DNA of 63,676 bases, filler included, from Octopus bimaculoides (GCF_001194135.2; 7 parts of 6 records of this genome joined end to end with filler, not necessarily neighbours in it), one strand, 5' to 3'. Positions 26,536-40,439 are shown, counted from the first letter of the whole stretch. Notes: a model not told the origin generated them from the letters alone. Numbers and translations are program-made.

Positions 26536-26664
26536 TTCTTCTACATCTCTCTCTCTTTATTCTCTTTATATATATAGCGGTCTATAGCTCTTTTGTCTTA
26601 ATAACGGTCAACCACACAGTAAGTTCCCTTTGCTTAACGGTCATTTTCCACAGGAATTTTCAAT

Positions 26665-26736
26665 GGCCGGATAACTGAAGAGATGTTGGAGTGGGTTCCC
26701 ACACCGGCATCCGAAACTCAGAGTTTTATCATGGCT
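26665..26736 (+). ncRNA. Minimal type I hammerhead ribozyme motif (Penelope/retrozyme type)
   Basis: Stem I GAUAA/UUAUC, core CUGAAGA (26675-81), stem II GAUGUUGG/CCGGCAUC, GAAA (26713-16), palindromic stem III AAACUC-A-GAGUUU. The cleavage triplet is GUU, with predicted cleavage after 26725. Confidence 0.7.
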
Positions 26737-27699
26737 ACCGAATAAGTGTCACATATTTTTACAGATATATATATATATATATATATATGTCTGTACGTAT
26801 TGTCGTCGTCGTTTAACGTCCGCTTTCCATGCTAGCATNNNNNNNNNNTACGTATTGTCGTCGTCGTTTAACGTCCGCTTTCCATGCTAGCATGGGTTGG
26901 ACGATTTGACTGAGGACTGGTGAAACCAGATATATATATATATATATATATATCACCTCAATCATTCTACCAGCTACATACCTCAACTACATACCTCAAC
27001 TACAATAGTTTAATGCACTCTAAATCATTATCACTGGAAGAAACTTCAATGCATACAACACATCCTTGTATGAAAACCAAATTAGATAATGTAAGCATAG
27101 GCAAAATAGCATTGCATTTCAATTCTCTGTCAATCCAAAACAACCCAAAATAACACACTTCACCATGCAAACTATGACATTGCCTTTGACATTATCATCA
27201 GATCTACAGATGTAGCTATCACAACTACATGACAAATAATCCCAACGCCAATTCTCTTCTGATCAATCTAACAACATTACACACCTTAATAAACAAAACA
27301 AACATTCAATTAAAAAGCCTAGCAGGACCATTTCCACCGAGAAAGAAAGTTAACACCTTCAATAACATAGATATTGCTGTACATAATACAGTCAGCAAAA
27401 CAATTAAAGATGCTTCCACAAAACATATCCTACAAAGCAGGATGGCCTCAACACACATGCATGCATACATGCATGCATGTGCACGTGTGTGTGCATGCGT
27501 GCACACACACACACACACACACACACAAATTACAAGCCAACCTGACTGAAAAAACAAGTACAGTCTCAAACAATAAATTGATGACACAGAACAAATAAAA
27601 TGCAGCATCACATAACAAAGAAAAGAAGCTGCAGAAAAACAAACCTGGCATCAACATAAACTACAAAACAAGAAGTTTATTACACAAAAATATGAGCAG

Positions 27700-28700
27700 C
27701 ATGATCAATTCTAACTATGCACTTCACAATAATAACTTAAAATAATGCCTGTACCTAAACCCATAAAAAAAAAAGACTCGGGAATAGAAAACATGAAATA
27801 AACACTTTCAATCAGGATCATAACATCAAACACTTCGTTCCATTAGAAAGCAAAATAGGGAAATCCAAAAATTCAAGCAACTCAGAACACAAAAGTCTCA
27901 TTGCACTTACTAACATCTGAAACTACTTGTATCAGCATTGCTAAATAACCAGAATCTGGCAACCAGGTAAAAATCACAATTTAGAGCTCAAGGAAAATTG
28001 AAGAGAGGTAGCATCATGCAAACCTATCATCCACATATTCTCACACCCTTATATGTTTGGAAGTCTCATCCTAGATATCACAAACCCAGATATTTTCCTC
28101 TAAATCTTAACAGGGATTCACACTACTACACACACTAATCACACACAACCTTATGCAAAAAAAAAAAAAAAATTCAGGATAGCTTCAACAATAACAAAAA
28201 ACCCATCTATTATTCTTTTTACAGTTGACATCAGTAAAATATTTGGCTCTATTCTCTGGTGCTCTTTTGTATAAAAAATATTTAATTTCTTCAGCATTAA
28301 ATATGAAAAATGCTGGCTAACACACTATCTCTGAAGTCAGTGAGTCTATGCATGATATCACATCCACAATCTGCAACTTTTTGACTGGGGTTCTTCCAAG
28401 GATCTGCCTACTCACCCACACTTTTCAACTAATCCATACATGACTATTCCACACCTCAAAATATACACACAACCTCAGAAGACACTAGAGTCAGAGCTTC
28501 CCATCACTTCTTAGACACAGTTGCACAGCTTATTCAGCCCTGCAGCAACTACCTAGAAACATTATTACAAAGTAACAGATTTACAGAAACACCTAAATCC
28601 ACTTTTTTATCAGCAACACCAGAAAGCATCAATTATGACCGTCCGTTACACTCAACTACATGAATATACATCATATATAAAAGACAAAAGTGTGAGGAAT
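27700..28700 (+). pseudogene. Highly decayed non-LTR reverse transcriptase
   Basis: Reads ILFTVDISKIFGSI (~28210-28250) and, with a frameshift, GV-QGSAYSPTLFN*SIHDYSTPQNIHTTSEDT (28387-28490), resembling the xDxSKAFD, GVPQGSVLSP and YADD blocks. Confidence 0.7.
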
Positions 28701-30792
28701 TACATATAGCAACTCTGTTATAATTACAGAATATGTAGAAGACATAAATACAGAATGTTTAAGATATAAAAAATGTAATACATACACAACAAATGAAAAA
28801 GACAAACAGATAAGGCTAATTTGGGAAGGCTAATTACCTAGGACAGTTTTCCCACAATAAATCATAACAATATTAACAAATGAAAATAAATCTTGTAAAA
28901 TGTTCTAAACTTCAATTTTCCTCTATAATAGATTATACTAAATAATATTTGTCAATTAAAAATTAAATATTGCCTTAGAAATAAGTTTTAAACCACATAT
29001 ATAAACAGTTTATACACTAATGTCCAGCATAGATAGGTGTCTTACTCCACTTTGAAGTCTATGTAAAGAAATAACCCTATAATTCAAATTATGAATAAAT
29101 TATCAGTTAAGATGTTCAATGTAATCATTAATTTGAGACACAAAATAAAAACAGGCCTCCAAACATAGTCTCACAACTAAATATCACAAGGCAATTTGTT
29201 CAGTACTGGAACGATTCTATTGATTGACTGCAATGATGATAATAATAGTAGTGGTTTCAAATTTTGGCACAAGGTCAGCAATTTTGGGGGGTGGAGAAAG
29301 TCAATTACATCAACCCCGGTGCTCAACTGGTACTTAATTTATTGATTCTGAAAGGATGAAAGGCAAAGTCAACCTCAGTGGAATTTGAACTCAGAACACA
29401 AAGACAGACAAAACACCACTAAGCATTTTGCCCAGCATGCTAACAGTTCTGTCAGCTTGCTGCATAACAATAATAATAATAATAATTAAGGTTTCTGATA
29501 TAGGCACAAATCCAGCAGGCTTTAATGGATGAGGGTTAGTTGATATCATCAGCCCCAATACTTAGACTGGTTCTTTATTTTATCAACCCTGAAAGAATGA
29601 AAGGCATCCTTTCAGGCTTCCTGATTTCTCAAAATGTGAAGAGTCAGAACAAATACCCCAAAACACTTTTATCAATACTCTAGCAATTTTGTTTGCTCAT
29701 AACCCTTGGTAACAACGACGATTTTTAGCATTGACACAAGGCCAACATTTTAGAGAAGTGAACAGTTGATTAAATAGTTCACACTCCAGTACATAACTGA
29801 TACTTATTTAACTGACTTCAGAAGGATGAAAGGCAAAATTGATCTTGGCTATATTTGAACATATAATATAAAAGAACATATGTAAATGAATACTCTTTAA
29901 ATGAAAGACAAAAAGAGGAAAAATTGTGACTACCACTCTACTAATTATGCCAATCCACCAACCTTGTATAGCAAAAGCAATTAGAATAATGAATAGACAG
30001 TAACTAGGTTACAACTAATTCTAGGTTGTTGCTATAGGTAACTATAAATGGTAAGGTGAGAAATTAAAGCATGTCATCTGAGGAAGGACATTTATAGCAG
30101 AGGACAAACACATAAATCAATTAAAAGATGATCTTGAAAAGGTGTACTAGCAGTAATAAAATATTTTGAGAATTATTAATTGTTTTATACAGAAAGATAG
30201 TAAACTGCATTTATGGAATGGATTTCTTTATGGCCACTTGATCTGCTAGATATACCAGATAAATCTCCTTCAAATCACATTCTCCCAGATTAAAGACAAC
30301 ACAATATATTGGATAATGTAGTCCTTGATATACTATGTCTGAATAAAACATAGGATTTACTGTATCTGTAACACCTTTGATTTTATAGGTCTACTGGATT
30401 AGTGTTAATCTGTGACTAAATAGAAGCATTAATGCACAAAAACTTCATTAAAATTTCAGTATACAATCAAGCTATGAAACAGTTTTCTTATTTAAAGTCT
30501 TTGTATTTGCACACTTTTTTTTTTTTGTTTTGTTTACATGCTAGCTGGGTGGTTTTGAAAACTACAGATAATCATCATCATCGTTTTAATGTCTAGTTTT
30601 CCATACCTGAATTATTAGATGGAATTTATTGAGGTAGATTTCTTATAGCCACATGCCCTTCCTGTCACTATCCCTTACCTGTTTCCAAGCAAGATAAAAT
30701 TATCCCATGGCCAGGTATGTTTTTTCAGAATATTGGAAACAAATCACATTCATTTACAACAATTATGCAATGTCAAGACAAGGAGAGACAAA

Positions 30793-30828
<36 letters not shown>

Positions 30829-33234
30829 TGACAGGTTTCTTCCAGTTTTCTTCGACCAAATCCACACAGAAAACTTTGGTCAGCTTGGGACTATTGTAGG
30901 ACTTGTCTAAGGTGCTACACAGTAAGACTGTACTCAAAACCACAGGTTTCAGAAGTGAACTTGTGAACCACATACCATGTTGCTGCCCATAGTCATAACA
31001 GTGTGTAATGTGCTTCCGATACTAATTTCAACAAACATGAAGTTAAAGTCATAAGCTGACCAAGAAAAATGATGTAGTTTGCCACCAAGAAGCACATCCC
31101 AGTAAGCTGCTTCAGGATTTGAGATCTGAGGATTGCTTATGACAGTACCTGACCCACTGATCTACTCTGATATAAACTACATACTGTATACTGATAGTCT
31201 AGACCAAAAATTTTTTAATTTCTAATGGTTACATTGTAGAACAATTAAGTCATCACTGAGTTTTACTAATCAGAAGTAGCCCCTACATACTTTGCACAAC
31301 ATTTATCTCTAAGCAACAAAGACCTTCAACATATTCTGCCCATTTCATATTTGAGAATAGTTTGAATCAATATGTTTATAGAATAAAGAAAATCCTTATT
31401 CAATATTAAACATTAAAAACCTGGTGAGCTGGCAGAATTGTTAGCACACCAAACAAATGCTTAGCAGTATTTATTTGGGCTTTACATTCTGAGTTCAAAT
31501 TCTGCCAAGGACAACTTTATCAAATTAATCAACTTTGCAACTTTATTTTCCTCATTAGAAGGTAGTAACTATAGAGTATCAGGCTGAATGCCTTGTAGTA
31601 ATTATATAATTTTATATCCCAAGTTCAAATCCCACCAACTTCCGCTATACTTTTCTTTCCTTCAAATTTGTGTCAAAGTTAGAAATCAATATTAACTATT
31701 AAGCCCAACTTAAAGGTGAAGTTTTAGCACAAATATTAGACACACATGGTATGTGTGTACACATACACACACACATTCATTTATCTTTTACTTGTTTCTG
31801 TCACTGGAGTGTGATCATGCTGGGGCACTGCCTTGAAGGGTTTAGTCAAACAAATCCCCAATGCATTTTTTTTTTCAAGTCTGGTATTTATTCTATCAGT
31901 CACTTTTGTTGAACTGAACTGCTAAGTTACAAGCATGTAAACAAACCAACACTGGCTGTCAAGCAATGATGCAGATACACACACACACACATAACTATAT
32001 ATAACTATTTCATCTATTTATTGATGGCGACAGACTCAAAATTTCATTACTCTGTGGACGTTTAAGGGAATGTATTCCCAATTACTTATTGCATTTTAGG
32101 TGTGGCAGTAGCAGTTGATTATTATAGCCTGGAGAAGATATTTCTGCCATTCTTATGAAACTCTACTAAATCACTGGGCAGATTTCTTTTATCTGATTAC
32201 TCAGCTCTACTGCCTGATTAGTGAAACCTTGAGGCTTTTCGTCCTAGAATAAACAAAGAAACTCTGCTAATTATTCGACTAATTATTCATCTGTATTTCT
32301 GTTTCTTAACATCTCGACTTTTGGAAATAATAATCAATACAGTAGTTATATCACGCCTATAATTATTTCCTTTGTAAAGTGAAAGCTTCTGCAGCATCTA
32401 ATGTAATTAGATAAACTGAAACTATCTTTTTATTTTTTATTTTTTTATGCCTGTCATACCATAGTTTGGTTGAAATAGTTAACACCTTTCACTTGCAAGA
32501 CCTTCATATTCTGGCATTAATTTCTCTTTCTTTGTTTAATTGCTTAACAGTTGAACTACATTAACTGTTAATTCTTGGAAGTGAATTAATGGTTATTATT
32601 GAATCTAAAAACCCAATCTTCAATGATGTGTGTCACAGTGCTTTGCATAAAATACATGTTCTCTAAAGAGATCAACTTGCTGTCTTAAGAATTCCTGGTT
32701 CCACAAATATTCCCAAAGCTAGAATAAAACATCTAGTGTGATAGATATCTTTTATCTTTTACTTGTTTCGGTCATTGGACTCTGGCCATGCTGGGGCACT
32801 GCCTTCAAGGATTTAATCAAACAAATCATTCCCAGTACTTATTTTTTTAAACATTGGTACTTATTCTATTAATCTCTTTTAACTGATATGCTAAGCTGCA
32901 GGGATGTAAACAAACCAACACAACTTGTCAAGTGGTGGCAGGAGGCAGACAAACACAAACACAAATACACTTATACATATGATGATTTTCTTTCAGTTTC
33001 CATGTACTTAATCCAGACCTAAAGCTTTGGTCAGCCTGAGGCTACCATATAAGGAACCACACAATGTGACTGAACCTGGAACCCATGGTTGGGAAGCAAA
33101 CTTATTACCATAAAACCACACATGTACCTATACAATGACAATTCTATAGAATGAATAATTCAGAATGATTTAATATCGTTGTTTAGTTCCTGATCAAACC
33201 TGATCAAGTTTAAAAACTAATTCTGTTAGTTATG

Positions 33235-33545
33235 ACAATGGGTGTTCCAGCTGATCCAATCAATGGAACAGCTGACTTGTAAAATTAATGTGCAATGTGG
33301 TTGAGCACTCCATAGACATAGCATATTCTTAACATTGTTCTCAGGGAGATTCAGCATGATATACAATGTGACAAGGTTAGCCCTTTGAAATACAAGTACA
33401 ATTCATTTTTGTCAGCTGAGTGGACTGGAGCAACATGAAATAAAACATCTTGCTCAAGGACATAACACACCACTAGGTATCGAACTCATGACCTTATGGT
33501 CATGAGCCAAATACCCCTAATCACTAAGCCACATGCCTTCATACG
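33235..33545 (-). mobile_element. Older tRNA-derived SINE
   Basis: Minus-strand head GAAGGCATGTGGCTTAGTGATTAGG...GAGTTCGATACC followed by TCCTTGAGCAAGA. Confidence 0.65.
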
Positions 33546-33644
33546 CCTGACTGAGAAGACCTGTGATCAAAGGCATTCCTTCCATGGCAAACATGTCTTA
33601 TTAGGGTATGCAAGATTACATTAAGTATGGTGTCCTTGTCTTTC

Positions 33645-33866
33645 TAAACCCTTTTGCTATCAACTGATTTGAAACCACCCCTGGTTTTATGATACAAATT
33701 CCCTGTGTAGAATTATCTTAAAACCCTCCATCAAAATTTCATGTTAATTCATGTTCCAAACACCAGATTCATAATGACAAAGTTATTTTACTAACTCCAT
33801 TGTTTTCAACACTAACTGAAATGAAGGTAATGAATTTCAACAGAAATATGGTAACAAAAGAGTTAA
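33645..33866. mobile_element. piggyBac-like MITE; a related copy in the opposite orientation lies at ~49940-50170
   Basis: Ends resemble (T)TAA-CCCTTTTG ... CAAAAGAG-TTAA. The interior (gttattttactaa, aatttcatgtt/aatttatgtt) is shared with 49940-50170. Confidence 0.5.
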
Positions 33867-36084
33867 GCTGGTGGGGTATGATTTAAGGGAGATTTGACAT
33901 ATTTTTAGTAGGTTGAAATAACCATGTAAAGCAGAAACAGAGAGTCCCTTGCTCAAAGCAAAACTTTGCCCACATTCTCTGTTAAAATTATCTACTGACA
34001 AAATCTTTAAACATTAAACAACCACATGAAAAAAAAACAATTAATGCTTTCTCTTTTTCTTTTTTTTGCTGAGTCTGGAGGAAGAGACAGTACCCATGAC
34101 TTTTGTTAATCATTTGAGATTGGTTAGATTGATGCTATGAAAATTAAGTTTAAATAATTACAAGAAAGACATGAGCAGTAAAAAGATTCCAGAGGGCCAA
34201 TGTTCCAAGGGCTGGAGGAGGGTGGATTCAACAGGTGTGACAAAAAAGTAAAGAAATGAGTGAGCTGGAAGTGCTTAAAATGAAAACAGTAGTTTAATGC
34301 GTAAATTACATTTATAATGTTAAATATTCTTCATTTATTTGCAACACAAATGTTATCCACCCCACCCAAGTTCTTATGGATTGTAATTCACCCATGGTAT
34401 TGAATAGGTTCCTAACTCTTGATGTAGAAGATTCTTTATTCACTTAATGCAGAGAAAGTCGTTTTGTGTGAAGCCAATGTAGAAAAGGGAAATGACAACT
34501 GACGCTATTATTAATCCTAAGCAATATTAGAAATAGCAATATTAGTATTGATATCCAATAACACATGCAAATTGTTCATGTGATTTGGTTCTGGAAATTC
34601 AAGGATGGAACCTAATTTATAATCTTGGTAAACTCTGCCTCTCACAGTTAAAAGATGATACTGGGCAAATTTAATGGATTAGGAACATCCCCAATAATAT
34701 TGACCTTGTGATTAATCAAAAAATATATCAGTATTTTTCTGATACTTTAGCCACTAACAAACTAGTATCTGCAGTAAAGCAAACTATGGAAGAACAAAAG
34801 GTTATTTTAAAAGCTCTTCATTAGTTGATGCTGATTGACCTCAGATCTACTTTATTTTATGCGTTGACTGAATGGCTGGACTGAGAAAAATTAATGTTCC
34901 ACGTGTAATATCTGAGTAAGTCAACTTAAGTAGATCTCATTACTTGGTGATATCACTTCGCCCCATTGTTTTTACCACAAATATACAAACACCAAGTATA
35001 TACATCAAATCACATATAAGATTTAATATAAGTATATACATACAGGGACATGAACATACAAATAGACACACATTACTTATCAATGTTTGAGCTATTCCCT
35101 AAATAAACTCATAATATTCCAGCAATATGTAACAAGGTGGCAAACAGATAAGGAAGTTTTCAAAAGAGTCCAACATTAAATTATAACAACTCAATTAGTA
35201 AATTAATCCTGATTTCAGGAACATAATTGCTAATTTTAAGGCGCCTTCATACATGATCTATGCAGATATCATTATTAACAATAGAATCAAAATCCATTAT
35301 AAATTAAGAAACTAACTGAGTCACATGTAACTGTTGCTGGCCTCAATTCTCAGAAATTAGCTGTTTATGAAGATGAAAGAAATATATCTAGCAGTATTCT
35401 AGCTTTTATAGGGTTAGGGAAAATTAGACTTTAAAAATTCCTATTAACATTTATCTATATCTTGTTGGCAAGTCCCATCAGTGAACTGCCAGTATTCAAG
35501 TATTTTTTCTGTCTCAGGTTGATACTTATAATGTCTAATATCATTTACATTGAAATTGTAGCCATTAATTTATAAACATTCACTGTAGCTTTCATCTGTT
35601 TTGAAGGATAATTTTAATGTAATCTATTCATCATTTATAGAATCCATAAAGAGATATGTGGAGTTTAGAAAGAAATGCAATAAATATGATCTGTTCAAAA
35701 TATAACATTGACCTGCATGAGAGGTATAGCAAAAATAAGCTGAGAATAGTAGCTTGGTATTAAATATATCAATCGATAAATGCAGGAAAGATGACTGCAC
35801 TGGTAAAGACATGGCACAATGGACAAAGAATACTTAGTGGAAAAGTCTTGTCTGTTCTTAGGAACATGTCCATAGTAAAACATAACCCATGGAAATATGG
35901 GAAGACAAAGTAAGGTCAGATCTCAGAACAAGTCCTCAGAGACAGATTAACATAAGATCCATATGCTTGATATACTGTATTGAAGATACACTTAAGATAC
36001 ATCTAACTCATACCAGATGGAAAACAAAAACAAAATTATGATGATTGTTCCAGTAAATATGATAATACTGTCCTTAATGAAATG

Positions 36085-37090
36085 CAAAGGTGGACATAAT
36101 TTTTTATATAACTGACATAGGTCATTCAAATTTCATATTTTGGTTGAGTAACTCTTCCTATACAGTAACACTTGTTCCTGTTCTTCTTCACTGCAAACAG
36201 ATAATGTGTTCCATTATTGAGTTTTTGATGAAGGAGGTGTGTAGGCTGACTGACATTTATAGATGGCAACAGTTTGATAATAGAGATGACACTATTGATA
36301 AAAGCAATGTGCTCAGATGAATGAAGTAATTTAAAGAAATGGAAACTGGTATTGAAGAGAAATCATGTAGTTGGAAACGTTCAACTGCAACCAATGACAC
36401 AAATCACCAGTGAGAAGATGAATTGATACGCATAGACAGATAAGTGACAATCCATGAGTTTGTTGAACAACTGAACTGTGGTCACAGTGCATTACAAAAG
36501 ATAATGAAAGACTTTGGGTTTTGGAACGTGTGCAAAGAGGGTATCTTAGTAATTGGCACTTGATTTAAAGAAGAGTGTAAGTCTACTCTGATCTGCTGGA
36601 GATGTTTGAAACCAATGAAAGCATGTTCTTTTCCCATCTGGTGACAGGGGATGAAATGTGCCTGCATCTTTATGATCCAGAAACAAAGGCTCAGTCTATG
36701 AAATGGCATTATACCTCTTCATCAAGATCTAAGAAGTTCAAAAGCCAGCAATTGGCACAGAAACTCAGAAACACAGTTTTGGGGAAAGACTGGGAGCCAT
36801 TCTCTTTGATTTCCTGGAATGTGGCTGTACAGTGAACAGCAAAGAGTTTATTGAGAGACTCAGAAATCTTGGAGAAGCCATTAAGAGGCACAGACTGAAT
36901 AAAAATCTGAAAACAATGGGCAGTTGCTAGGACAATACACAACCACACACATATTTGGCAACAAATCAGACAATCAGAAAATTGGACTGATCAGTAAGTA
37001 TCTTCCACATAGGAAGAGTTACTCTACCAACATGCACAGTTGAAATTACTTACGTCAGTTAATAAAAAATGTGATTCCTACTTTTGTGTC
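36085..37090 (+). mobile_element. Degenerate Tc1/mariner DNA transposon
   Basis: ORF 36602..36835 contains LVTGDEMCLHLYDPETKAQSMKW...KKFK (mariner first catalytic D block). Imperfect terminal inverted repeats lie near 36090-36160 and 37010-37085. Confidence 0.85.
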
Positions 37091-37548
37091 AGTTTTGGGA
37101 CAACTTTTGTAATGACACCAATGACTTTAACAAAACTGACAATGCCAATGATGAAGATGATAATTATGATGATGAAAACAAGTTAGTAGAAGTAGAAAAA
37201 GAATATAAGAAATAATATGAAATATTGGTAAAACAAATTAAAGAATAACAAAATGGAAAATAAACACATTTTATCAGTCTTCTCTTGACATATTTGCCTT
37301 AAGATAATTGTAAATGTAATCTAATAGAATTTCAGATTACTGAACATTGATCAGCTTTGGATGATTACTAATAAAGCTATCAGATACAGCTGCTAGAGAG
37401 GATCTAAATTACAATAGCATTTATAAACATTATATATATATATATATANNNNNNNNNNNNNNNNNNNNNNNNNNNNNNNNNNNNNNNNNNNNTTAATTAA
37501 TTAANNNNNNNNNNNNNNNNNNNNNNNNNNNNNNNNNNNNNNNNNNNN

Positions 37549-38574
37549 TCATCACTACAAAAATATGGCACCTCCTTTCATTGCTGTTTAAAGGAGAACT
37601 GGAAGAGGTATTTGGACGATTGCTTTATACTTTGGAAAGAGAGCATGGACAAACTCCTCGATTTCAAAATAATGCTTAACAATATTTATAGCAACATGCA
37701 ATTCACCATGGAACACAGCAGTAAACAACTCCCTTTTCTTGACATCCTAATTAAAATAGTCAATAACCACATAGAAACAGACATCTATAAACCTACAGAT
37801 TCTAAACAATACCTATTATTCAACTCATGCCACCCCAAACACATAAAAATTAATATACCTTATAATCTAGCGAAAAGAATCTGTACCATAGTTTTGAACT
37901 CCTATACTCTTGAACGAAGACTCCTTGAACTCAGATCAATACTAATTAAAAGACATTACCCAATATCTTTAATAAATGGTGGCATTAAACGAGCTAAGGA
38001 AATAGACATACAAACATTATGGGAAGCCAACCGAAATACTAAACCAGACTTAAAAATACTCCCATACATCTCCACACATAACCCTAGAAACAACGAAGCC
38101 TTCAACATTATCATCCAAAATCTTCCTATCCTCACAAGGGATAAAACAATGAACAAAATTTTAGACTCACACAAAATTATCAAAAGTAAAATACAACCTA
38201 AATCACTGAAAAAAATATTAACCAGCGCAAGATTGTATCCACTAACAACAAAACCAAAAGTAAAAAAATGTGGTACTTGCCACCACCTTTTGGAGGGTTC
38301 GGAGTTCCACTTTAAACAAGGTGAAATATTTACGATTAAATCAAATTTCACCTGTGCCTCGGAAAATCTAATCTATGCCATTACATGCTTAGGGTGCAGT
38401 AATAACTATATTGGCCAAACAGGAATATCACTCCGTCGAAGAACCACTCTCCCCAAAGAACAAATCCGCCACCCACATTACAGACAGATACAGGTCAGTG
38501 GACACATAGAAAGGTGTGCGAGGAATCTTAATCCTAATTTCCTAATTTTTCCCTTCTATCAATGTTCACAGATC
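37549..38574 (+). mobile_element. Penelope-like retroelement ORF (RT C-terminus/thumb + GIY-YIG endonuclease), truncated by gaps on both sides, antisense within a DLEC1 intron
   Basis: The frame is open from 37549 and contains WKRYLDDCF (catalytic DD), LPFLDI, KPTDSKQYL, SCHP and NLIYAITCLGCSNNYIGQTG (GIY-YIG). Apparent small in-frame deletions (TDIY-KPTD, shortened Cys linker) suggest decay. Confidence 0.93.
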
Positions 38575-39195
38575 NNNNNNNNNNNNNNNNNNNNNNNNNN
38601 NNNNNNNNNNNNNNNNNNNNNNNNNNNNNNNNNNNNNNNNNNNNNNNNNNNNNNNNNNNNNNNNNNNNNNNNNNNNNNNNNNNNNNNNNNNNNNNNNNNN
38701 NNNNNNNNNNNNNNNNNNNNNNNNNNNNNNNNNNNNNNNNNNNNNNNNNNNNNNNNNNNNNNNNNNNNNNNNNNNNNNNNNNNNNNNNNNNNNNNNNNNN
38801 NNNNNNNNNNNNNNNNNNNNNNNNNNNNNNNNNNNNNNNNNNNNNNNNNNNNNNNNNNNNNNNNNNNNNNNNNNNNNNNNNNNNNNNNNNNNNNNNNNNN
38901 NNNNNNNNNNNNNNNNNNNNNNNNNNNNNNNNNNNNNNNNNNNNNNNNNNNNNNNNNNNNNNNNNNNNNNNNNNNNNNNNNNNNNNNNNNNNNNNNNNNN
39001 NNNNNNNNNNNNNNNNNNNNNNCACACAGCCACTCCTGCGCCTACAGATTATAGAGATTTTCATATCAAAGTATGATAAACTGAAAAAAGTTCATTTTAT
39101 ATTTCACAGTAGGTGACCAGGGTTGCTGGAATAGCAAATAAGAATACAAGAGTCAAGGAATGGAGTTGATATACAGTTAAAAGAACATAGCTCAC

Positions 39196-39329
39196 CTTGA
39201 ATGCAGTTGTATTCCACAAATCAGCTGGCATCATACAAAAGCATCCACTTCCTCCAATATTCTTTATAACCACATGGGTGACCAGTTTGCAGCCAATAAG
39301 ACAGAAACCAATGTCCAGGACAGACGGAA
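39196..39329 (-). CDS. DLEC1: DLEC1 internal exon (LPSVLDIGFCLIGCKLVTHVVIKNIGGSGCFCMMPADLWNTTAFK)
   Basis: Acceptor ttctttattttcag, donor gtgagc, 134 nt with phase 1 to 0. Corresponds to DLEC1 SPVLDCGYCLIGG...[24 protein letters not shown]. Confidence 0.92.
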
Positions 39330-40400
39330 CTGAAAATAAAGAAATCATCAAATACACACGACAATTTTGACTGGTTTCAGTTATCGAATCCTGGCCATGC
39401 TAGGGCACCATCATCATCATTATCATCGTTTAACGTCCACCTTCCATGCTAGCATGGGTTGGACGATTTGACTGAAAACTGGCGAACCAGATGGCTGCAC
39501 CAGGCTCCAATCTGATTTGGCAGAGTTTCTACAGCTGGATGCCCTTCCTAACGCCAACCACTCCGAGAGTGTAGTGGGTGCTTTTAATTACCACCGGCAC
39601 GAGGGCCAGTCAGGCGGTACTGGCAACAGTCACACTCAAATGGTGTTTTTTACGTGCCACCTGCACAGGAGTCAGTCCAGTGGCACTAGCAGCGAGTTTA
39701 TTCAATAGTATTGACCCAGGGACTGGTAATCACTTTTGAGATTTTTGTTGATGAAATTTATGGAACAGAAATATGGTTTGAGAGAATGTTTCACAAAAAA
39801 ATAGGTAAAAAAATCATCCTGGGTCCTATGTGTGAAGCTGAGCTACCCATAAACTAACTTTGTCCCTGATGCTCAGTACTAAAGGCCAATTTTAATCCAG
39901 ATGGTCTCTTCTACGTAGTGTGACACCATAATAATAATAATCCTTTCTACTATAGGCACAAGGCTTGAAATTTTGGGGGAGGGTTTAAGATTATTACATC
40001 AACCCCAGTACTCCACTGGTACTTAATTTATCAACCTCAAAAGGATGAAAGGCAAAGTTTACCCCTGGGTAGAATTTGATCTCAGATCGTAAAGATGTAC
40101 AAGATGCCATGAACCATTTTGACCAACGTGGTAATGAATCTGCCGGCTCACTGCCTTAATAATAATAATAATCCTTTCTACCACAGGCACAAGGCCAGAA
40201 ATTTTGGGTCGAGGGGGCCAGTCAATTAGATTAACCCCAATGCTTGACTAGTACTAATTTTACTGACCCTGAAAGAATGAAAGGGAAAGTCAGCCATGAC
40301 GGAACTTGAACCCAGAAGGTAAAGACGGATGAAATGCTACTAAGCATTTTGCCCATCATGCTAACAATTCAGCCAGCTCACTGCCTTGATAATAATGATG

Positions 40401-40438
<38 letters not shown>

Positions 40439-40439
40439 T

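Noticed and set aside
26786-26895. Direct duplication of an RTE tail around a short gap
   Set aside because: Identical sequence on both sides of an 11-N gap (26839-26849) indicates an unmerged contig overlap.
31149-31198. Small minus-strand exon-like segment as a DLEC1 continuation
   Set aside because: Its peptides do not match the expected downstream DLEC1 sequence, and it lies across an artificial join.
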